A stretch of 64,000 nucleotides of DNA, taken from positions 806,001 to 870,000 of the forward strand of contig JBLDXI010000009.1 in the NCBI GenBank assembly GCA_047495785.1, written 5' to 3'. The DNA comes from Lepidodermella squamata (taxonomy: Eukaryota; Animalia; Gastrotricha). Below, in pieces: positions 24,543-35,879 of the stretch. The position numbers and the translations under genes are program-made. Under the pieces are notes generated by a model that was given only the letters and a program-made list of their open reading frames with translations, did not search any database and was not told where the DNA came from. Positions within the stretch are counted from its first letter, which is position 1, and the number at the start of each line of letters is the position of its first letter.

Positions 24543-25878
24543 ATGGCCGCGTATGGATCGAGCACTATCGAATGTAAAGTTGTACTGTTGGGAAAAGAAA
24601 GCGTGGGGAAAACCTGCATAATGGAGCGATTTATTCATGAAAGATTTGTTAGCGCCGTGGAGTCTCAAAGCGTAATAATTAGACATTTCCTTCATGGTTT
24701 CTATATCCACCTATGTCATTTACTAGACCGTGGGCGTTGTATTCGGAGCCAAACAGATTCTTGTCAACGGGCGCCAAGTAAGACTAAGTAATCGAACCGG
24801 CTTCTGATCAAACAATTAAATTAATTGCGAAAATTCCAGGTTTATGGGACACCGCTGGCAGTGAAAGGTTCACGTCAATAAGCCGCCTGTACTATCGTAA
24901 CGCCAAGGCTGCAGTTGTTTGTTATGACATGACGGAGGCAGATTCATTGGATCGCTGCCATTTCTGGATTGAAGAGCTGCGTAATACAGAAGAGGTTTGT
25001 GTTGAGATGAACAATAAGTAATCGCGAGGTCTTATTGACACCGAGAAATCAGTGCTTCAATTCTGAGAACATGATGAGACGCGAAAAGCGAGAGGAATGA
25101 GAGGATAAATTTGAGACAGAAATAGCATTCATTGTGCAATCTGACGTTCAATACAATTTAATTTACAAATTTATCTCGTTGAGCTGCACAACAGATTGGG
25201 AATCCGATAATATCTGTTTGCTGCTCCAATGTGAACGATTTTTGCCAAAGTTCAAGTTGTTCTGTCTTCATCTTGCTACCAACTCATTCGTCTTGCTATT
25301 TTGTTTGGCGATCACTTAGTGAGTTACATTTCCTTTTAACAGCAATGTCGAATATACATGGTTGGAACCAAAATTGATCTGATCAACAATAATCCTCGCA
25401 GTCGCAAAGTAACCCCGAGTAAAGTGGACGCGTTGGCTAAAGGTAAGTGGCGAATTTTCCCGTTTTTTCATCCTCGACACGCTTTTTATTGTGTGGAATC
25501 GAATAGAAATTGGGGCGAAGCATTATGAAACGTCTAGTCGCACAGGTCAAGGCATAAGTAGGTTTATTATATAGTAGCGCCATTAGTTTATGCTGAAGAA
25601 CTGACATGTCCCAAACAGACGAGTTGTTCACTGCGATAGCCACGGATTATGTGACTGCACTGCCACCTTCTGCATTTATCCAAACTGGTAAAATTTGTCC
25701 ACTTGTTAGTCCACATTCAGCTTCACTATATAATGCGGCATATTTTATGTCAGCAGAGCCGGCTGAAACAAACAACGCGCCGTTCCAAATTGCGGACACG
25801 CCCGTGTCGTATGATAACACAACTCACATGGACCGACGGGTGCGGAAAAACAAATGCTTTTCTCAATGTGATACTTGA
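24543..25878 (+). CDS. RAB24: Rab GTPase Rab24, ~229 aa
   Basis: Exons 24543-24671, 24727-24787, 24840-24994, 25343-25442, 25507-25557, 25619-25687 and 25754-25878. P-loop GKESVGKT, Rab24-diagnostic WDTAGSERF (Ser in place of the catalytic Gln) and GTKID (Thr in place of Asn), and ETSS. Confidence 0.88.
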
Positions 25879-27755
25879 CTGATATAATATTATTACACTG
25901 TTTTTGTAACCCCTGCTCCAAAAGAAATTATTTACTGTGGCTTAGCCTGCAATCTGCTTGTTATTTTTTTGTCTCAAGATGTAAAGAATCTGTGCGTTAT
26001 ACATGTAGGATATTTATGCCTGCCTGCTGAAAAAACATTTACCAATCTCTCTTTTTCACGAGGATTGCGTTTGCACGAAGTTTTTGGTACATCAACTTTG
26101 AATACCTGTGAACCCACTTACGACAATGATGCTGAAAAATGGCAATAAAGCGCGATTCGCTGGAAAAGTTTTTCTTGTGTATGAATAAACCTTTCAATAG
26201 CGTAACCGCATATTTCTATATTCTGGATCATTTAGGTTTGCTTTCATTACATGCTTGATGGAGAATAGAAGCTCAATTCATGCATCGCGTTGCAGCGTTT
26301 TTTTGCCCTACTGTTTTTTGGCAAGCTGGCCAAAAGTCCTCTTTGAACTCTGTTTTATTGATTGAGCCGCAGTCCGCAATAGCGAGTACTAAAGCTCGCT
26401 TATCAAATGAAAGTGGAATACATGCTTCGCCTAAAAAATAACGGTCACATTTTTGCATCTCGTAAGCCTCGAAAATATTCCAGATATCTCGCATTTTGAA
26501 GCTGTAAATTTGTCGATTCCATTGTTAGGGTTTCGATATAACTCAATTCTGTCTTCGATTTAGTCTAAAAGCGTTGTTTCGCAAGCGACCAAGGGGATGC
26601 TGCTAATGCCCCTTTTTCATATGACGCGCTAGTATGCGGTGTGCGTAGAGCGATACAAACACACAGCACATAATCATTTATTATTATTATTATTATTATG
26701 GTTCGAGGCCGCTCGCATACATAGCTAAGTACGTGCGAATTATTCATATGGATGTGTCTGGAACACATTTTATATTATTATTTTGTGCCTTCTACTCAAT
26801 GTAGGCCGCGCATATCGCGGCGTATGCATTAGTGCGTGCGTCGTAAAAAGCTGCGTCGAGGTATTATTTCGTACTACTGCTGCTGCTGCTGGGGCCGGGG
26901 CATTACTGGAGCCAACTGCCTACTGCCTGATCCTCGTTCCTGTCGGACCTTTTGTTCGCGCATTCTGACATTCAGTATAAGCTACCCGAGTCGCTGCCGC
27001 CTCAGCTTTTTGGCTTCGAGAGCAGCGAGGCGTTGGACGGTTTGAGCAGTTCGCGCATTTTATTCGACATGTCAAGTCAAGTCGCGAGCACTTGCGACAT
27101 GTGTCTTAATTGACCTCGTTTCTCCCATGCTGCGAGGCATGATGGGTGTGATTTATCGGCTGCGGATTTAGCCAATCAAGCTGAGTAGAGTGCACTCACG
27201 CCGGCGCAGGTTCTGCACATCTTTTATTAGCCATTATCTCTTCTCTGCGCATGCCAGCATTAGCACACGCTTGTGTGGGCTTGCGTTTTACTCTGCGCTG
27301 TTTTTCCGATAAGACAACACCACACAGAGGTCGCCGGGTGCTTTGGCAAGCCGGCTTGATCTCGCTTGCCAAGCTTTTTATCGCCCGCCGGTGTTTACGG
27401 TGGCGATAGCCGCCGATGTCCCACAACTAGCCTACCTACTTCCAGAACATTCTGCCCCCGAAGTTGACTGACCAATGTGTTCAGCAAATAACCTTCGCTT
27501 TGTTTTGTCGTTTTCTAGATGGTACTATCGATTTGTTGTTATAACTAGACTAAAAGAGGCGGTGGACATCCTGCACCTAGCGTTGTCATAAATACGGACG
27601 CTTGCCTCAGTTGGTGCAGATCGGTCTCATGCTGATTGGCTCCCAGCTGCATATTGACTTCCCGCCGTGTGTCAGTTCGACAGCTAGTGTCAAAAGCCGC
27701 AAATGACGCGCCGTGTCTAAACGTTGAACAGGTCGAGCGGCTGTGGAGTACCAGG

Positions 27756-30331
27756 ATGCTGGTGAATGACATTGCCCAGCGGCTTGAGCGCAGCGTTACT
27801 CTTCGCGACGAGGTCGCGCCGAAATCGACCGGCGGCGCTGTTGTGACCATCGCAGCTTCGAAAAGTAGCGAAAAGCTCCAGTCGGTGAGTATAATCGATT
27901 TTTAATCATTTTGAACTTTCCGAAACTGGATTACTTTTATGACTGGTCTAGGCGACGGCTCTACATGGCAATGATCTTGGCTTTTGCAGTGGCGACAGCA
28001 GTGGGGCTCAATCGACACTATCGATGAATACGTCACCTTCACCTCTCATCCGGGGCAGCGGAAGCCGGCTTTCTCTTCCTTTCCATAGTGGCATTTACGG
28101 TCCGAAACCTAACTTGGCGATCCAGTCCTTTTCCAAGACGGAGTTTTCTGCTTCAACTATAGATGGCGCGCTTCTCATCAACGACATAGACATCGAAGTG
28201 AGTTGCAACATCATTTTTTCACACTGGCTTGCTAAAATTCGATAAACTCTTGAAATTTGTAGCTATATCACTGACTTTTTTGACTAATGTACAATAATTA
28301 AAGAGTGTATATTATAGAAATTATTACAACCTTTGACACAGTTTTTTAATGATTCATCCCTAAAAAATATCACTTAAATTTCTTTAATTACTTGATGTTT
28401 AATTTGCAACCAGCATTCAACTAGGACATGAATGGGTGGCTAAAAATCTGTTCGCAGGCTAAACAAGGATATTTATGTTCTGTTTTTTAATGAAGGAACT
28501 TCCTATTAAAAGGCGGCACTGTAGCTGGGCCGCAGCCGACTTTCGTTTGCATAACGGAACTCCAATGACCAGGCGCTCGGAAACGAGCGAATCTGAAACA
28601 ATTGAGCTTGTGAAGCCGATTCCAGTTAGACCGGCTCTGACCACAAGCGGAGACTGCCGTGACGACCTGGGCATCGGGGCTCACAAGCACTCGTCATTCT
28701 CGCCGTCGTTGCCACGGCCATCAAGTGCCAGCTCAGGCATTTTTGATCTCGACACCTCTTCTGAATGTAGCAAACGCAGTGCAACCGACGTTGCTAGACG
28801 CTCCATTGCCAACGACTGGTCTCAGTGTGCGGAGGAGCGCCGCCGCTCGGACGACGACGGATCGCGCCAGTTCCAACCCGGCAATTCAACCGGCACTGTA
28901 TCTGTCCATCGCGCTCACCGCAGCATCGCCAGAAACTGTCGGGGCAGTGCCGCTCACCGCTTGTCTGCATCGGGTGGGTTTCTACCGCTCAGCCGTTTCA
29001 GGGGCGATGACTGCCCTAATGACTCGTGCTGTTTAATTCCTCAAAGCTGCGAGGTGACAGCGGTTAACGTATCGCTCAACGTGCCTTCAATAGCCAGTGG
29101 CAAAGGCGGAAACATGTCGTCAAGCTGGTGGCGTTCCGCACCAGACCTTGCTGGCAATGGCGCAGTGGTCACGTGCCCGGTTCGATCCCAAGCAGACGAC
29201 TGTTGGCGGAGGAGCCAGAGAAAACGGAATCTCTCAGGCAGGCTGCAAGCCAGGCCTTCTATAGATCTTTTCAAAAATGTACGTTACTCAGTGAAGAATA
29301 TTGAAGGACATTTGCTATTATGATGGCTCTCATTTACAGGCGACTGATGATGACTCATCGTGTGGAGGTGAATCGCTCCTGTCTTCTGGCGCGGTCAGTG
29401 ATTTAAATGACGCGAGTTACGATACCGTACGGTCGAGTGTCGACTCGGCAGGCTGTAGCAATAACGAAAAGGGCCACGTCAGGCTCAGCGCTGAGGACGA
29501 TACAGATGACGACAGCGATAACGACCATCCTCTGGTAGCGTCGAGTCGATCGGCAGCGGGAACTTTCAGTGCAGGCGATGGTTTGACAGAACCGACACCT
29601 GTAACGAGAAGTCTTGTAAGTTGACCGATAACTGACAATGTATTATGGATAGTTTTTCGAATAGTGAATTTGTCTTCAGAATTGTGAATGAAAGTTACGT
29701 AGCCATGTTAAACATGCCCAGTTCGTTAAACGAGCCAAAATACCGCCATTTCATTCTAATTCAAAATGACGAATAATCTCGCCTTTTGTCGATGAAAACT
29801 AGTTCTCTATGAGAAATATTTTTCTCTGATTATTTACTCTACTAATGTTATCTTTCTTTATAGTCATATCCTTGGCTTCGAAGCCAACACCTTGGCGAAG
29901 AGCATCGATATAAAAACAACGGTGAATTACTATCATGCCGGAGATCAGCGGGCGGCTCAAGCTTGGCACGGAGGCCAGCGCGTGCTGCAGACGCGGTGCC
30001 GGCGCTAATGGACGATGGATTGCGCACTATCGTCGGGTCGCCGGCTGATATCATTCCGATACCGGCAGCAGTTACGACAGCGGTCATGCCGACCAGCAAT
30101 CAGCTCTCAATGAGCCTGCTGAATTTTGCGCATGGAACTGTGTCTGCCGACTGCGATGTCGTAATTGGAACGCCTACGCCCGAAAAGTGCACCAACGGCT
30201 CTACTGTCGAAGCATTGCCAGCCGAGAACGCTCGTGCATTTTACGTGGGCGACGAAAGCGGCCCTGTAATGTTTCTACCCCGGTTCACATATCAGAACGA
30301 GTTGGACATCGATCTGATTGAGCAAAACTAA
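27756..30331 (+). CDS. FAM53: FAM53/simplet family protein, ~633 aa
   Basis: Exons 27756-27884, 27952-28197, 28496-29278, 29340-29615 and 29864-30331 (all phase 0, in frame). Family-like motifs are PIKRRHCS, PRPSSASSG, RSQ...RPSIDLFK and the terminal ELDIDLIEQN (recalled FAM53 ELDIEQIE.N). The start codon is inferred. Confidence 0.75.
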
Positions 30332-31563
30332 GCCGCGTCTCCTAGATGGCACAATTGTTGTTTATAATCCTTGTTCAAATTTCCAACAAAAAACGTAGCC
30401 AGAATTCATTTATTTTCCGTCTCCGCGGAATGTATCAGTTGAACCTAAGAAGTCACTTCACTTCAGCTGCCTTCCATTTCCGCAATTTGCAAACCACTCC
30501 AGTTAGGCAACGTGAGGCACAGCCGCTTTTTCTCCGCCATGAAAGCATGTCCCAAGTTACTATAGTTTTAACAATGATCATTCGCCGAATTTTTCACATT
30601 ACTTGACCTAGGTATTTAATGTACAACCTGCTTCCTAGGTTTTACTCAACTTCGAATTATAAATTCAATATCTTTGCTAATCTGCGAACGATCACACGAT
30701 TCACCTTTATTTCCAACAACGTTTTGAATTCAGAACAGGGTTACTGCTCGTTGGCATTTTATCCCATATTAGCAAAACTTTTGCTTTCAGTGAGCGCTGA
30801 ACTTTTTAATGACTCTTACTCTCAGTTAACGATAATATCCTCATTCTTGCACCGCTGTGTATCGTGCGCTTCTGGATTGCATTGTGATGTTTTACGGTCG
30901 CTTACCTTCTTCAGATTGTTCATGTTTTATAGCAGCAGGTGTGACTGGATAGTTTTTCTGATAATGTGTTCGCCAGGCTGAAAAATGATCGTACCATCTG
31001 ATGCCTTGAATTGGTTAGACTTTCAGCGTCTCTGTTGGAACTTATGTTTTACAATAAAAGTGATTTTTATCCTTTTCTTCTGCTCTTTCGGTCTTACGGC
31101 GGCACGACAGCCGATTTTGCAATTGTAAATGTTTCAAGGGGTTTTTAAATTCAAAACAATCGTAGGAGAAGATCACATCTGAATCATTTCATCAATCGAG
31201 CATTCGTATTATATTATGAAAGCCAGGACGCAATAAATCAATAAGCAGCAAGTGGTTTCCTACAAATCACGATCTGAGAAGATGGGGTATCAAATGTACG
31301 CATTGCTCGAATTGATCTCACTGAACAATAAACAGCTAATTGGTCATGGAATTAAAATTTGAAGTTAGTTTTGATATCTGACCCGTCATTGGTTATCAAA
31401 TGATAAACCAAAAATTGTCGAGCCCCATCGCCAAATATATCCATAAGACTAACTGGCTGAGTATATCGACACGTAAAAAGAGCCATATCAAAATTACTAA
31501 TTGTACCAATTACTTATTTTAACTGCAATTTGGCTGTTTTCATAGAGATCAGAGACTAGAGAG

Positions 31564-32280
31564 CTAGGTAAGTCTCTCGCTGTCGCATATCAATGCCAAA
31601 GTCACCCAACTGTCAAAATCTCCAGTTGACGGTACATTAAATTTCGCCTTGATGATAGCGCCGTGTTTGACCTGTTCGCGCAGGAAGTCGAGCGTGGCTT
31701 GCTGGCTTACCTTTAAAGAAGCCGACAACCTGATCTTCGCTGGCAGCTGATGCCACCACTGGACGGCCTTGGTTGTTGGTTGGAAACGACCACTGGCCTG
31801 TCTCGAGCTTGCACGATGGCTTGACGTACTTCCCGGTGGCAGCGCCTGGAGTATTGCGGTCATATGCTGTTGGTTCATAGGCTTGACTAGCGACGAGAGT
31901 GCCTGCACTTCCACATGGTTGTAGTCGGGTGGACTAGTCCTTCGCCTTGCAGATTCACCAATTGCAATCGCACGAGAACTTCATCGGTGGGCAAGTCAGG
32001 ACGAGAACGGCACGAACGGCTTTTTTGCGCGTGTTGAAGTTCCAGCTGCGCCTTGCAGCCTTGACGGCGTTGCAGTAGTTGAATTTCGACCCGACGATTC
32101 CGTCGCACATTATTGTACGAATTTTCAGATCGGTGTGCCGAGCCGATTTTCGAAGTGCAAAAGTACCCCTTCTTGCGGCTTTGATCAGATTATCTACGTG
32201 AGCTTCGAGTCCAGATGGACTCCCAGGATCTTCACGTAGGCAACTGACAGCAGATCGACTTCGCCGAATCGAATCGTGAG
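31564..32280 (-). mobile_element. Possible degenerate gag-like retroelement fragment
   Basis: GC-rich island of frameshifted, intron-less ORF pieces in AT-rich DNA. Peptides AVQWWHQLP..IR.S and GDFDSWV loosely resemble Ty3/gypsy capsid motifs. No LTRs found. Confidence 0.3.
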
Positions 32281-33071
32281 GGCAGAAACCGGCAGTAATC
32301 CCGGACCAGGGACCGGACTTTTTTCGCAGTGAACATTTTTACTGCAGCAAATAATTTGCTTACTTTTTGCGATGTTTCCTTAAAATATTCATATTAGCCT
32401 TTTTTATCATTAAAAATATTTTATTATAAAATTATTTTTTGTTGCTATGGCAATGCGCGTCTCATAATTGCCGCTCAGGTGGTCGATAGGCTCATGAGCA
32501 TAAGGAAGCTTAAGAGCTACCCGGGTCTCCTAAATCGTCTTATATCTAACATCTTGTTCTCTTAGTGGTGTTTCATCGTCTTTCCTCTATTCTGCGTTTC
32601 TCATTCTTCCCAACTCTCTTCTGGCAATTGTCCGCTTGGTCTGGTCTCTGGTGTATCTACGAGTGACTGCAAGCTTGACGTTGAGAAAGGCCAGTATGGT
32701 TGATGACTTTTTACTGCATTATTTTATCTCTATCTTTGCCCTCCAAAAGATGAGGCACATTAAGTGTGTTAGAGACTTGCTCTCTTAGAGATTGGAGAGA
32801 TGCCGCCAGCGCATCATATAACAACAGTGACAGCCGAAATCCTTCGTTAATGAAAAAAAAAACGCGCAACCAAACGCACGCGCACACTTGCGTCTCCCTT
32901 TGAAAAGCTCACCTGCGTGTAATTTTTCGTCTTTAGACTAGGAAATAGGAAATTTTTCAGTTAGATACACCGTATCAGATGGGTTCAGAATACATGAAAC
33001 TTATTCAGCATGTTTCTCTGTTAACAATTGCGCTTTTTGCCAACCTTTGTATAGGTAGTTCTGATGATAGT

Positions 33072-35052
33072 ATGACACAGGTTTCCTTGTCAGTAGAGTC
33101 GACCTTCGCTAAAAAAGGTGACAAACCACAGCGAACCCGGCGGAAAATCCCGCGGCAAATTGATATACCGCAAGATATATTTCTGGCTGCCTCGGTCGGT
33201 GATCTAGAATGGCTGAAGCACACGGTTGTTGGAACCAATTTCAAAATCGAAGTACCATACGATCAAAACGTAAGCGATTGCTACCACTTAACGCATCGTC
33301 GATGTTTCTAATTTAATAGGGATTCTCTCCTTTGCATGTTGCGGCAGCGTAAGTATCGACATCTTATTCGAAAGTCACATTACTCAATATGCAATTCCAT
33401 GTATGTAGCCATGCTCGCCTGGATTGCCTCAAATATTGTATTGAAAAAATGGGATATGATGTAAATTTGCCATCTAAACCTCACAAATGGCTTCCTATCC
33501 ATGTTGTCGTGAATCATTTAAACGATGATCGCACCTTGCCTTGTCTAAGCTATTTGATATCTCGCGGAGCCAATGTGAACGGGTTAGCCTAATGATATTA
33601 TTATTGAGCTGAAAATCATTATAATTCCATCAGGGCTAATGTTGATGGAACGACTGCCTTGCATCAAGCTGCTGCGGAAGGTGACACTGCTAGTATTAAA
33701 GCTCTTATAGACCGAGGAGCAAACCCTCTGGTGACTGACTCGAGAGGTAACGCTGGTAAATTGCCTGTTTTTAAGTCAATTAATAAAATATGACAGGTTG
33801 TACTCCTCTTCAACTTGCCAAAATATGGGCTCACAAAGAGGCCGCGCGGTTTGTTTATTCATTACATGATGAGCTCAACTTCAGGACTTGGTTTTCCGTT
33901 CCAGGGCGATAGAAAACGCCATCTGGAGGATACAGAAAACTTCAGATGCAAAAGCGAAGCTCGCGATGGTCGAGGCGGAGAAAGCTGATGCTGTCGCTGA
34001 TATCGAAGTTGCGGTTGAAAAATTCACGAGCTCTGCCGTAGATAATGCTACCGCTCTTGCTAACTGGATGAGGAATCATGGGCTCGATGATCACTCTGTC
34101 AAAGTAAACACCCGCGGCGCTTTTCTTGATGCATTAACCGTGATTTTTTCAGCATAACAAGTTCAAGAGAGACAAATCGGTACACCCGGGCCGTAGATTG
34201 CAGAGCCACATTCCAGACCCGCCTAGCTCCCCATTCAACAAGCCGCGTGCCGAGGCCATCAATCGTAAGCATGCTTTGACACCCAGTGCAGCAAATAGGC
34301 ACTCTAAAGAAGAAGCAGCACAATATTTAATCAGTTTGTTTTCTGTTATTTTATGTTTCTCGTTATAACGATAACATGAATTTGCATTAGTACTCATAAT
34401 TTGCTTTAATGCACGTTTCATTATTGACTGTAGATCAAGGCGAAGATGAACCTTTCACTGCACGAGATATTCGCTCGTTGACTGTTGACCGACTGCGAGC
34501 TTTTCATGAAAAGCCTTGGGTGAAAAGCACCAAGGTCGGAGAATCAGAATACGTCCCCAATCTTCAGGTTTGCAAAATCTGTTTTTTCTTATCTTACCGC
34601 CATGAAAATTCCCGTTTCATTCAGGACATTTACCCACGGGATGAATATACGATGACACCGACGAAGTTTAGCGCTCCATTTTTATGTGTTGGAGATGTGA
34701 AATCTGCCAAGGCAATGGACGTAATTGGTAGGAAAAGAATTGCTTATAGAATATTTCTCAAGCGAATTTTATTTAAGAGGAACCGATGCGGCAAATACGT
34801 TACGAAGGTAAAGGTCCTCCATTAGCGACTCGCCGAGTTGAGAAGATGGGCCGTCCGGTGATCTATAAAGCCTTCAGAAATATTCTGGATATAGGCCCAT
34901 TGCGGAAACCAGATTTAAATCAGATGCCTCGAGACGAAGCTGCCTTGCACTTGATCAACGATCCTGGATCCTACCTATTCCGAATGAGTTTACAGCCTGG
35001 TGTTCTAACGGCCATCGATAGCGAGTTGGGCCGCGCGGAAATATCGTCATAA
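33072..35052 (+). CDS. ANKRD53: Ankyrin repeat protein, ANKRD53-like, ~459 aa
   Basis: Ten exons: 33072-33269, 33320-33348, 33409-33582, 33634-33746, 33797-33848, 33905-34103, 34153-34264, 34434-34567, 34625-34720 and 34780-35052. The motifs FLAASVGDLEWL, GFSPLHVAA, LPCLSYLISRGANVN, GTTALHQAA and AKIWAHKEAARAIENAIW match the recalled ANKRD53 pattern. The start may lie further upstream (32979). Confidence 0.8.
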
Positions 35053-35879
35053 AATAATATATTGATTGACTTAGCGGCGAGGAAAAGATTGTCAAGTTAC
35101 AAGTGCCTAAATGCGAACGAACTATACGATGCCAATCATGACCTTTCAAATATTAGCCAAACATTGTTTTTGAAATAAATTTATTTTCGACATTCGACTG
35201 TTCTGTATTAGCTACTCGAAGGGAAGCTTTGGCGATAAATTTTATTTCAACTATTTTAAAGTGTAATGGATACTTGATATTCTGGTGTGGGAGTATGCGG
35301 CATTATATTATCAAGAAAAAATGTCAAAAAATCGTACGGAAAGATGCTAATGTTTACTTTGCACTTTCCGCTCGATGGCGTCGTGATTGCCTCGATATTA
35401 AGCTGAAGGTGTATCCAGTATAAATCACATGGTGCTGATTAGCATTGACTGGGAACGCAGCGCAGCGCTCGCCATTTTACGAAAAGGAAGTGTAGCCACT
35501 GGCAACGTGCGCTCCGTAATAACGCCTCGTAGAGAAGTTTCAGCAACGTGAAAGCAGCCATATTCCCACAAGCGGTGAAAGCAACGAATGTTTTGACACC
35601 TGCGCATACTTTTAAAAGGCGCGGTCGTGTGACTATGAAATTTTTCGTTGGTTACAATTTTCTAGGGCCTGGCTAAACAGCGCTACTTGCTATCGCCGGT
35701 TATCAGAAGGCGCAAGACCCACTTAGTAGCTATGCGTCGACACTCAACCACCTTTTTTCTAAATATCGATAGGCAAGTCGCGACAGAACATGGTTATGGC
35801 GATATCCTTATAATTTTTAGATTTTAGGCCACATATTTTTACCATGACCATCGCGTTATTGCGCCGGTAGGATATTCAG

